The translations under genes and the position numbers were made by a program. The notes under the pieces are model-generated. The model saw nothing but the letters and a program-made list of their open reading frames with translations, did not search any database and was not told where the DNA came from. DNA of 64,000 nucleotides, taken from positions 558,001-622,000 of the forward strand of contig JAKMXF010000310.1 in the NCBI GenBank assembly GCA_024704765.1, written 5' to 3'. Below, piece after piece: positions 13,372 to 23,777 of the stretch. Numbering within the stretch: the stretch's first letter is position 1; each line of letters opens with the position of its first letter. Source of the stretch: Oopsacas minuta. Lineage: Eukaryota; Animalia; Porifera.

Positions 13372-13560
13372 CAGTAAATCTAATGTCAAAGTTATAGAAA
13401 TTAACATTATTTCTGTTGGAAATTAATGCCACGATGGACTACTAAATACGGCTACATTGCTGCCGAATCATAGAAAAATAAGAATCCAGTTTAAAATTTC
13501 ATAAAAGAAAATTAATCCTCCAATGCTTGCGAATTGAACCTTTTTAGGGTAAAAAAATCG

Positions 13561-13731
13561 CAACTTGTGCCGACAGCTTAGTCTATTAAATTAAATTTGT
13601 TTAAAAAGTGGCACTATTAATTGGAGACACTATGAAAGGTTAGGTTTAATCCCAATGCACATAGTGCCTCCAATTAATAGTGTCACTTTTAACAAATTTA
13701 ATTTAATAGACTAAGCTGTCGGCACAAGTTG
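13561..13731. mobile_element. Hairpin MITE (~170 bp); related copy near 59185-59345
   Basis: Arms caacttgtgccgacagcttagtctattaaattaaatttgtt and aacaaatttaatttaatagactaagctgtcggcacaagttg are exact reverse complements over about 40 bp. Confidence 0.75.
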
Positions 13732-15140
13732 TAATTTTATATTTTTCCTCGCTCCGCTCGAATTTAAAATCCATCAAACAATTTATTTACAAATTATTAT
13801 GATCATCCAGCCAATATAATGTTCAATTCGTTTGCAGTAATTATCAGTTGACTAAATAATATCAATAGAAGGGAATACTGGAGGAGATTTCATCGATACA
13901 AATTCAAGAGTGTCAAATTCGAAATCAGCGTATTGAATTACCCTCTTTTGCTGTTTAGAACAATCTTCTACGATTATTCAAAGGTTATATAATCGGGCAA
14001 ATAAATGTCTTTTAAATTATCCATGGTTAGTTTGAAAAAGATTAAATTCATAAATATTATCGAAATAATTAAAGCTACTGTTAAATTTAGATATTCATTG
14101 AATGCATATTACATACAACACTAGAAGTAACCATTGTTTAACTAATAAATATTTAACATCTTAGAACAATAGAATTATTACAGATGACGTAGTGCTATAA
14201 AATGAATATTTAAAATTTACTTTCAGCAAAAAACTATAACCAACATAAAAATTCTAGAATTTATTCTCTTTTGAAGGGCGTAAAAATTTTGGCACCTTTC
14301 CTTTCATAATTTTTTGCTAGAGGCCAGACAAAAGTTTAACCAGTGTGAAATAGTGGCACTTGGTGTCCGATTGATTAGCAAAGGGGAGAAGCACACTCGA
14401 CGAATATCTTCAATAGTTCTCACACCATATATCACCTTAATTATTTCCAGTTTTAGCTGCAGGGCTTTAAGGAGAAAAAAAAAACAAAAAACAAAAATAT
14501 AGGCAACCATTTCAATACTTGGCCACTATGCTAAAGTATAATCGGCACAGTAAAAATCCAAGGAATCAATTCTATTCCAAACGTTAGACTACTTAAAACG
14601 TTCAAACGGCCATCCTTCATCTAGTTTGAACTCAATTCAAAATATGACATCATAATGAAAAATTCACTAAAGGAAAAATTGTTTTCAATTTTTGTAATTT
14701 TGTTTTTTTTTCTTGCAATATGCCTGTGTATATATATCAGCACATTTGCTTTAAAACCAATTTCTTACCCCGTCTTCATAAATATATGTTTTCATGTCAA
14801 AGGTATAAATTGTACAATCTTTCTCCAATAAGCTATCGTCGAACAGTATATGAACAAATTCAAACATCCTAGTATCAATTAGGACAGAGTGTGTCTATTT
14901 TCCACAACATTGGTTGCAAATGCTGATCAGACCAACTTTGGCTGGTAACTTGGGGGTGTATGTAAATTAGTAATATCACTCGTTTTCATATAACCCGACG
15001 TTCTACTTCTAGGGATATATATTAACAACCTTGGAAGGCTGGTACCGAATAGCTACCCATCAGTGGCATAGTCTAGTTCCAATCAAGGTTGCAACCGAAT
15101 AGCTCAATATTCGACCAAAATCTATATTATTATATCTCAA

Positions 15141-15586
15141 TTGTTGTCTGTTTGTTTGTTTGTTCGTTGTCAAGGAAAGGATTTCCATGTATTTATCGTG
15201 TTTATCAAAGGAAGTAATAGAATTCATAAAACTTCAGTAAATATATCGAACATGATGAATCCGATTTTCCCAAATTTTGGATTAATCATATGTAAATTTA
15301 TTGTTGTTTTCATGAATATAAAGTAAACAAATTCCAAAGTCGTGGTAGAAACATGCATTCAACGACTATACTGGAGTAATCGAGTATGCTGGGTCCGAAT
15401 ATGGCATTGTAAACAACATTTTGTGAATATTTGTTTACTTTTAGGTACATAAAGTAAACAAATTTCAATATTGTTGTATAAGCAGGCTAAATATATCTAT
15501 ATTATAATACTCAAAGGGGCGTCAATTCGGAGAATAATGGATACCTCGCGCCGCAATGTGTAAAGTTCATCGCAAAGCGACGAGTC
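15141..15586 (+). mobile_element. Abundant dispersed repeat family, Helitron/Helentron-like non-autonomous (example copy)
   Basis: Begins ttgtctgtttgtttgtttgttcgttgtcaaggaaagg and ends tctatattataatactcaaaggg..gagttcatcgcgaagcgacgagccaaag. Full or partial copies near 3885, 34960, 44590, 45480, 51430, 52150, 54100, 61740 and 62200. The superfamily call rests on the (TTTG)n tract and GC-rich 3' hairpin. Confidence 0.6.
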
Positions 15587-15792
15587 TCATGCTTCTTCGA
15601 CCACTCTCACGCCTCTCACAGCTAAGCTCCAAAATCTCACGGTTTTTCAGCGATCTCATGGATTTTGGTTCCATACTTTCAGATGTACATATGTAGGCAC
15701 ATACATATGTACATCTGAAATTTATCTAAACTCAAGAACATTCATATAATTTCCGTCTTTCTCTGGCTTTCCCACGTGTAATCTCAAGATTT

Positions 15793-16246
15793 TCACTTTT
15801 TCTCAAGGATTCTCACGGACAATCTCAATGATTTCCTTACAGTTTTCAGACGGTGCCTCATAGATTGCTGATACTCTAGGTTGGCATCTATGCTATTCTC
15901 GAGACACGAGAATATCATAGATGCGATGACAACATCCGCGGGTATGCTCCCACAGGCTCTCCAAAAACATTCGTTCAATCCGCTCGCTCATATACAGATC
16001 TAAGTACCTACAAAATTGCTCCATACCAAAAAGCATCACCTCTAAACAGTAAAGGTTGTCCTCACCCATGATATTTTCAAAAGCCGAAAATCTGATTGCT
16101 ACGGGCAAAAAATAAAGTAAGAATCCCACTGCCGTCCTTCTCCGAATCTTAAACCAATAATTATTAATGGCGTTTAGTGAAAATCGCTGCAAAGTACAAC
16201 ATAGAAAAGTTGTTTTGAAGGTGTCTCTCACATGTGAAGCTACCAA
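15793..16246 (-). mobile_element. Possible highly decayed pogo-like transposase C-terminal fragment
   Basis: FWRACGSIPADVVIASMIFSCLENSIDA resembles the W..AW..IP..VI..SF..CGI.N..DG end of pogo transposases. Catalytic motifs are not recognisable. Confidence 0.3.
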
Positions 16247-16466
16247 GCAAGTAAAATGTTAAGAAGTAAAATCACAAGACATTAGAACATTCAGTCTCAA
16301 CTTGAGATTGTTAGGATATAATGAATTAGATAACAACAAATATAATAAAATATACATAAATACGTACTTGTTGTACAATCAGGAGTTATTATTATATTAC
16401 TGCTCTTCTATAAGTAATTCTATCTGCACAGTCAATTCTACATATTAAAATATATTCATCAAATTA

Positions 16467-17697
16467 ATGGCAGAACGCTTTCCAGAATTTGAAGTACCTC
16501 TAATCATGAAGCAGACAGAGGCTAGCATAAACGAGAAATTCAGTTATCTCATATTCTGTATCAACAAGAGACGTGTTGAACTGATCGCTGAGTTCAAACA
16601 GAGACAGGAGAGGAGACAACTCGCAGAGATAATGCGTACAGAGAAAGTTGAAGAGCTGATCGAATCTAAAGCTCAACTCCAATCTCAGCCAAAAAAATAA
16701 CGCCCTCCACTCCATGAATGAGAGAATCATTGAAGAGATGGACATCAAGATGAAAGACCTACAAGTTATAGTCAAGGATACAGAAATTCGGTTTGAGTGT
16801 GATATTCAACATCTGGAGGAAATCATCTCCGTATTAGGACACCTGGTAGAGGAGAGAGATATACAACAAATTCCAAACTATTCCGTCCTCAAACAGCCAA
16901 GAATATCAGTCGGGTATACAGAACTATACGAGGAAGGGCTCGACGACGTTAGGGGAATAGCTTTCGATGAGAGAACGCAATTCATTTACATAGCACATGG
17001 TGATATATTAACAGCACCTCGTAACATTAGTGTATTCTCTGTAACAGGAGACTTAATCAAAGCATACCATGATGACTTACTGACTACACCAGAAGGCATA
17101 GCTATAAGCGGAGAGGAGCTATACGTGAGTGATAGTTGGTTGAATTCCATCTTTCATTTTCAGCTACCAGACTTCCAATTTGTATCTAGAGTAGGAAAGA
17201 CTGGCAAAGGGAAAGAAGAATTTATGAATCCTCATAACATGACTGTAGGTCCCGACGGTTGGGTGTATGTAGCAGATTGGGGCAACAACAGAATAGTAGT
17301 CATGGATGGTAAACTGAAACACAACAATATGATCACACATCACAGCATGATAAGACTTTGTGATGTTAAACTGCTGGAAAATGAAATATATGTACTGAGC
17401 GATAATACCAAACCGCGTATACTAGTGTTCTCTCAAAATGGTCAGAAGATCCGTACTCTAAAAACACTGGTTAAAACAACACGTGGGTTTTGTTTCGACA
17501 AGAGAAATAACTATCTTATCGGAGACTTTTCAAGGGGAAAGATCAAAGTATTCTCTAAAGACGGTGCTCTATTACACATCCTGGGAGACAATCAAGATAG
17601 AGACAAGAGAATTAAACCCATGGGTATAGTAGTAACAAACAACAATGAGATTACCTGTGGATCTTGTCATACTAAATTTGGATTACATATATTCTGA
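16467..17697 (+). pseudogene. Coiled-coil + NHL-repeat protein split by a 1-bp frameshift (or an assembly indel)
   Basis: ORFs 16467-16700 and 16714-17697 fuse if one A is removed from the A7 run at 16691-16697 (QPKNNALHSM). NHL blades: RGIAFDERTQFIYIA, PEGIAISGEELYVSD, PHNMTVGPDGWVYVADWGNNRI. Confidence 0.75.
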
Positions 17698-18949
17698 TAA
17701 TATAGCATGTATATTAACTGATTACAAATTTAAAATATATAAAATTCAAGCTATTAAAGTGTACTAGGCGTGCGACAGTGCGAAATATTTAGAAAAATCC
17801 CAAATCCAATTATTTGAAGGAATATATTTAACTAATCCGAAAGAACAAATAACTTATATAGGACAGTTTGTGTATTAGCTTTTCTATGTTCGAGGAAAGG
17901 TCATATATTAGGCCTAATGAAAGTTACCTTTTTGGAATGAGGGTATGGGGATTTTGTATTACAAAAACTGTACTATACTATACTATACTATATCTCAGTT
18001 ATATTTAACGAATCTGCCGAAAGAAATACAAACTCATCAACGAGATTTGCTTCCAAAGACCCAACCAACAAACAAGAGCTGGTAAGACATCCGGCAACAC
18101 CTAGGAGCAATAATGTCATCAATCCAAATGTAAAAATCTTCACTACAGTAAAAATAGTGAGAAATCTCAAATCACGGTCTGCGTGCAAACTTAAATTTTA
18201 TTGGAATTTTGGAATTATATTATTCTACTAAATATCATTTTAGCAAAGAAAGATAAAATTGAATTTTACTAATCTTTGTTAGATATTTTAAAATGTCAAA
18301 ATCGAATTCTCCGTCCCTGTTTACCCCTAATTAACAAGTGGAAGCTAACCTCCAGGATAATTTTGAAATGTTCACCAAATGGTGTGAAAATATGATTAAT
18401 CATGTGATAAATCAGTGTGTATATATGTATATGTATATATATATATTTAATAGGTTACACGGTAGTTCCAAAAATGTGTAAATTATGATTAACCACATTG
18501 TAACCAATAAAGGAATATCTCTTCTCCAATATTCAGAATCGAATTCTACAGCAACGAGTCCACGTCTAATCCCTAACATAAATAAACTTACATGCAAAAT
18601 GGTGTGAAAGTGAAACTTGATTTATCATGTGATAAATAAAAATCTTTATTACTACATCTAGCCACGCTCGGTTACAGCCTAATATAGATGTATTACTTAT
18701 ATATGAGTATGACCTACGACTCGCTCAGGTTTTGGAAAGTTCGGCTCTCAAGTATATGCCAATATTCATGAGAATTAGACCAATAGAATTCTTAGCACCT
18801 GGTAGACGGAAGTGCGGACGACGTACTTTGCCTATGTCAGTAGGCCATCTCCCTATATGCTATAGGAGCTTTATTGCCGCACAAAATAATAATATCATAG
18901 ATAGCAACAATTAGCGTATGTACTATAACTTAATATGTATTCTACAAGA

Positions 18950-20294
18950 TTATAAGAATTTAAATATCTTAATACAATTAATAGAGTTACAAGCTATAAC
19001 TAGATTATCATCTTTCCAGGGCTACAGGACCATTACCACCCACATCCTCACTCCCTTTACTTCCTATCTCCTTGATTAGGAAAGGGACACTTGGTCGTCC
19101 TGTAGCATCTATCACTTCTATAGGAGATAGTATCCTCACTCCTCCACCAGTGACTACAATGTTACCATATCTGTCTAGACAGAACCCCTCTATATAACCT
19201 ACTTTCCCGAACTGTGCATAACTACACTCAAATCCCTTCAGCCGATCCCCCATAGTGTTAAACATATAAACGCCTTTACTATTATCCGTAACATATACGG
19301 CACGATCATGAATCCTTACAATCCTAGGTCTGACTAATACCTTAGATCCAAATTCTCTCCTGTAGAATAGAGAATTATCGAATACACATATTCGATTATT
19401 ACCAGTATCAGCTATGAATATTTCATTGCCTAAGACAGTTATACTAGATGGACGTAATAAAACTCGTTTTGTACCTCCTGTCACACGCTGACGTTTAATC
19501 AGTTGATGCCTCTCCTTTGACAACTGACATATCTCATAATCGAAAGATAATGCATTGGCAATCCCATGTGCGACAAAACAATAACGTTCATTGGTTGTTA
19601 AGCAGAGAATAGAAGTGCTGTTTTTGATTTTTTTAAAACTGCTAAGTTGTTTCCAATCATCTGAGGCGTTAAGTATTCGTACGTATGAGCCAAATACCAC
19701 ATAGAAGTGTTGGTTGTCAATATGTAGATCTTTAACATACCCCTCTGTACCGATAATGTGAATAGCTTTGTCAGTAGAACTAGCAGGTGTCTGGTGTCCA
19801 TGTGTTTTTGTATGAATTTCTCCTAGGCTTTTTAAGGTATTTTCTTGTTTCTCTAACAGCTGAGAATATTCGGATTGAATTGTGTCAATTTTCCTCAATA
19901 ATTCAACTTTTCTGGTTGTGAGATGTTCGAACAATAAAGTAAAAGCGTCTATTATTTCCTGTCTCGCTGTGCCAAAATATTTCGCTGTGTGCTCACGTGT
20001 TTGTTGTCTTATCTGTTCAATTTTTTGTTGTATTCTTTGTTCAGGTACTTGTTGTCTTATCTGTTCAAGTATTTGTTCATGTGTTTGTTGTTTGCTTTGT
20101 TCAGGTGTTAGCTGTCTTATCTGTTCAAGTGTTTGTTGTATTATTTGTTCAAGTGTTTGTTGCATTCCTTGTTCAGGTGTTAGTAGTCTCATCTGTTCAG
20201 GTGTTAGTTGTCTTATCTGTTCAGGTGTTGGTTGTCTTATTTGTTCAGGTATTTTGTCTTCAGGGGTTGAAGGAAGCTTCTGATATTTACTCAT
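18950..20294 (-). CDS. NHL-repeat protein with an N-terminal 8-aa tandem repeat; 1-bp frameshift near the 3' end
   Basis: 428-aa ORF 19008-20294 with RPSSITVLGNEIFIADTGNNRICVFD and GFCLDRYGNIVV. The last blade continues in another frame (KDDNLVIACNSINCIKIFKFL, stop at 18950-18952). Confidence 0.7.
19998..20249 (-). repeat. Coding 24-bp minisatellite (PEQIRQLT-type units, about 10 copies)
   Basis: Repeated ttgtcttatctgttcaggtg-like units on the + strand; in-frame 8-aa period. Confidence 0.85.
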
Positions 20295-20377
20295 TCTAGT
20301 CTCAAACTAAATTGTACTTAGTGTAAGCCTAGGATTGATCTAAGGACCTGGGGTCACCATGGGATGAGACGAAAACA

Positions 20378-21557
20378 TTAGCGATAAAAGTTATGAGGGG
20401 CTAAATTTCGTAACCAATTTGGGGATGTCAAAACATTTTTACCCCTATTAACCGAAAGAAAACGGTGATGATACAGGGCAGTAGCCACCGGTCTGGTTGG
20501 TGGTGTATGCGGAGCATGAGCATACTCGGTAACCTGTCTGGTAGCTAGCGCCTGTTCCAGCTGGTACTCATCATCAAGGGTGTCAAGTATCTCGCTTGGC
20601 AGTAGCATATCCACACTGAGATCAGGTGGCGTTCTCCCAAAGTGTACAGAGGAGGGTGTCGCCTTAATACCCGAGTGGTATGCGTTATTCTTACTATACT
20701 GAACAAATTCAAACTCACTTGCCCACTCATTGGTCTCTTTACTCGAAATCACCATTAGCTCGATCCACACTTCCCTGGTCCTGTGAGTGTCTTGGCCTCC
20801 CCTGCACAAGATGTGTACCTGTCAGAGTCCCCGCACGGCAATGAATAGATGCTTGCTAACGAACTCTCTCCCATTATCCGTGTGCAAGTTGTGTGGCGGC
20901 CACCTCTACCACTCGCTTGGACTTGAGAGGCCTCAGGATGACAAACTTGCTGAAGCAGTCCTGATAGTTGAGGATGTACTGATAGTCCTTGTCTGGGCAT
21001 GTCTGCATATCCACAAGGTCAGTCTGCCCACGCAGCCCAACATTCTCAGGTATGATAGTCTGTGGATGACTTTCAGTGTAGATTTCCTGCCCTTGTTGGC
21101 TTGGCAAATGGCGCAAAGGCGTACGAAGAGGACAATTACTACACGAAGCACGTGATAGTTGTGGCTAATGAAATACTCGTAAATCCTGTCTCGTTCCCCA
21201 TGTCTGAGCTCGTGATATGCGGCCATTAACGTATCCCACAGGTCTTCCTTAGCCATCCGCGTAACTTGCTCCGTGTAATCCCCCGGAATTCACCCTCTTT
21301 CACGTATAGGACCTTTCCCACTCAAACCCCTCCACAGGATAGCGGAACTTGGTCCTGCCCCAATTGCGATCGTTTGTATTGCAATTGTCTTCTCTGTAAC
21401 TCTCTATGATCCCATCTTTCTCCTCTCTCCCGACCAACTGTAAGTTAAGCTTCTGAAGCTCTGCTTCAAATATTTTCTTTTTTAGTAACCAAAATGAAAA
21501 TAAAAATGTATTGTTTGTCCAGATCCAGATGAACAAACAATAATAAGTACAATACAT
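20378..21557 (-). mobile_element. Decayed KRBA2/SCAND3-like (Ginger/GIN-type) integrase transposon
   Basis: Zn-finger H..HG..R..CAIC, GQTDLVDMQ, YILNYQDCFSKFVILRPLKSK, LHTDNGREF, GRPRHSQDQGSVDRANGD and KNNAYHSGIKATP. Several frameshifts and stops; the catalytic Glu reads Asp. Confidence 0.85.
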
Positions 21558-22249
21558 ATTTATAGTAACTGGTTAGAAATAGCGCAATGACTGTCGCGTG
21601 ATAGCACAAGTGTTCCTATAGGCCTAACACCCTAGTAGCATCTAGGTAGCTTTGGTATGTATGTTGATCAGTGATTAAAAATAATCCGAATTTCGCATTC
21701 AATTTTCTCATAAGTAAAGAATACACAATACCCGGTCACGTAGCGACCCAAATATATTACTTAAGCTAACCTGATTCAGGCGCGCTAGTTTAAATTAAAA
21801 TACGTAGTTTATGGTTTAAATTCAGTAACTTTTCATACATAATGTCAGTAAACCGTATGCTGCGGGATGGAATAAATAGATCTCAAATTTAGCATGCCAA
21901 GAAAAACACATTTCTTCAACTTGTGTTATCGTTGTTTACTTAATATTTATATTTGTCGCGTCATTTTTGTACTTATTTATTACAAAATTGACGCGCCGTT
22001 CAAGCATAAAAGTAATTTTTTATAAGAAATCCTAGTACGAAATTCAGCATGAAAGTTCCTTATCGGTTCCTCATTTTCTTGGGCTCGAAATGTGTCCTGC
22101 CACTCAAGACAGGACGTTGCCTAACTATAACTAATGAATAATACAGTATACTATCTATGCACACTAGTACTCAGTTACTGGATTATTAAAGTTATTTATG
22201 CAATTAACTGTACTTATAAATGAGGTAATGCTAACAACGAACTAAAGGA

Positions 22250-23340
22250 TGCTCTTGGTTTAGCTATATACGAACCTAATCAGCTGATATAGCTGATTAT
22301 GGTAACTGTCGTATTCAGGTTGTTACTTTAGATGGGAATTTCGTTACAATTTCGGACATTGAATACTCTCCAAACCATGATGGGGTATAACAGTAGCAGA
22401 AAATCAAATGTTCATTCCAGACAGTCATATCAAGGCTATGTTCAAATTCAGTGATTTTAAGCTAGCGAGGACCAGGATATCAGGAGAGACAGAGCTAAAA
22501 TCTCCTAAAGGCTTTGCATTGATTACAACCAAAAAGTGAATTTAGCAGATAGTGGTAATAACTATGGCATTAGGATCGTACGATTATTGATCGCTCCATC
22601 ACGATCGCGATACTTTTTTTGACGATCTGGCGACGATCGGCGATAATTGTTTTATTAAGGATCGGATGTAATATCGCAATCCTTTTTTGCACAAAACGTT
22701 TCGATCATTTTTGTATACTTTGAATGCTACTATTATTAGCGTTATTTATACTTAGGTAATTGTTCCAAATTTGTGTCAACACTCAGTAATATTCGTTCGT
22801 AGAATGCGTTGATTCTCCACCTATGTTTCTTTTGGCATAAGAAATAATGTAACTAACAAAAATATGTCTTGATTATTACACAAACGATCGGAAAAATGAT
22901 CGAGATCGAGATCGTTTTGAAATAAGGATCTTGATCGGGATCGGATCTTGTTTAATAACAGAGTCTGTATTTACTCAGAAGAACTTAAACTGTTTTGGTA
23001 CTAAACAGCTAAAGTTTCCTTTATATAAAGTAACTTCAAATAGCATCATTATAGTGGACCACAGTCCAAATTGTGTTCACTTCTACTCGAGACGTGGACA
23101 CTTGAAAACTTAATATGTTTTCTCATGTGCAGTATGATATCAATCATATGATACATCTTCCATGTTTCTTCTGCTTAGATTCAGCAGGGAATATTCTCAT
23201 CAGCAATATATTGTGTAACAATATTAAGATATTCTCTCCCCAGGAAAACATATCCATACCATAGAGAGGGCCGGATATGGAAGAGAGGAACTATTACAAC
23301 AATGTGTTATTTGTATTACTAAATTTAGAACTATGTTTGT
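22250..23340 (+). pseudogene. Decayed NHL-repeat pseudogene interrupted by an insertion
   Basis: Nucleotide homology to 5408-6070 (ttcagtgattttaagctagcgaggac; gaatattctcatcagc; aagatattctctccc), with many stops and frameshifts. Confidence 0.75.
22563..22952. mobile_element. GATC-rich insertion flanked by a 7-bp direct repeat (TAATAAC)
   Basis: TAATAAC at 22556-22562 and 22953-22959. Removing the insert and one copy restores the NHL reading ADSGNNRVCIYSEELK. No clear terminal inverted repeats. Confidence 0.65.
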
Positions 23341-23777
23341 GATTTTATGACGTAAAAAAGGTGCTAAAATCTCGTTTTTGGTGCGGGAATTGGTTAAAAC
23401 GAAGTGGAAAATTAGTGTTCCTTTTCATTACGAACATAACACTTTACTTGAGCGATGATTAATTAAGGATAGTTTCGTTTTACAATCAATATAATGTGAA
23501 ACTGTTCTAATTATTATAATTCCCATGTATTAACTTTTCTGTGGCAATTACGGTTAGAAGAAAAGATTATACCATTCTATGAATATCCATGACAATTTTA
23601 GGAAGAAAGCTAGGTAGTGAAAGACTCAGAAATTAATAGAATTTCAAAAGAAATCGAAACATCAATAAAATATGTAAACCCAATACATAAACTAGCATTA
23701 AATGATGTTCAGAATATACAGACAACCTCGAGCAGTAATATACATATATATATATATATATCTCATTGTATAGTAAA

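Noticed and set aside
14304-14510. Short ORFs as a transposase fragment
   Set aside because: No catalytic or family motif could be identified in any frame.
19882-20299. Cys-rich and Val-rich + strand ORFs (133 and 100 aa)
   Set aside because: Antisense shadows of the coding 24-bp repeat in the NHL gene.
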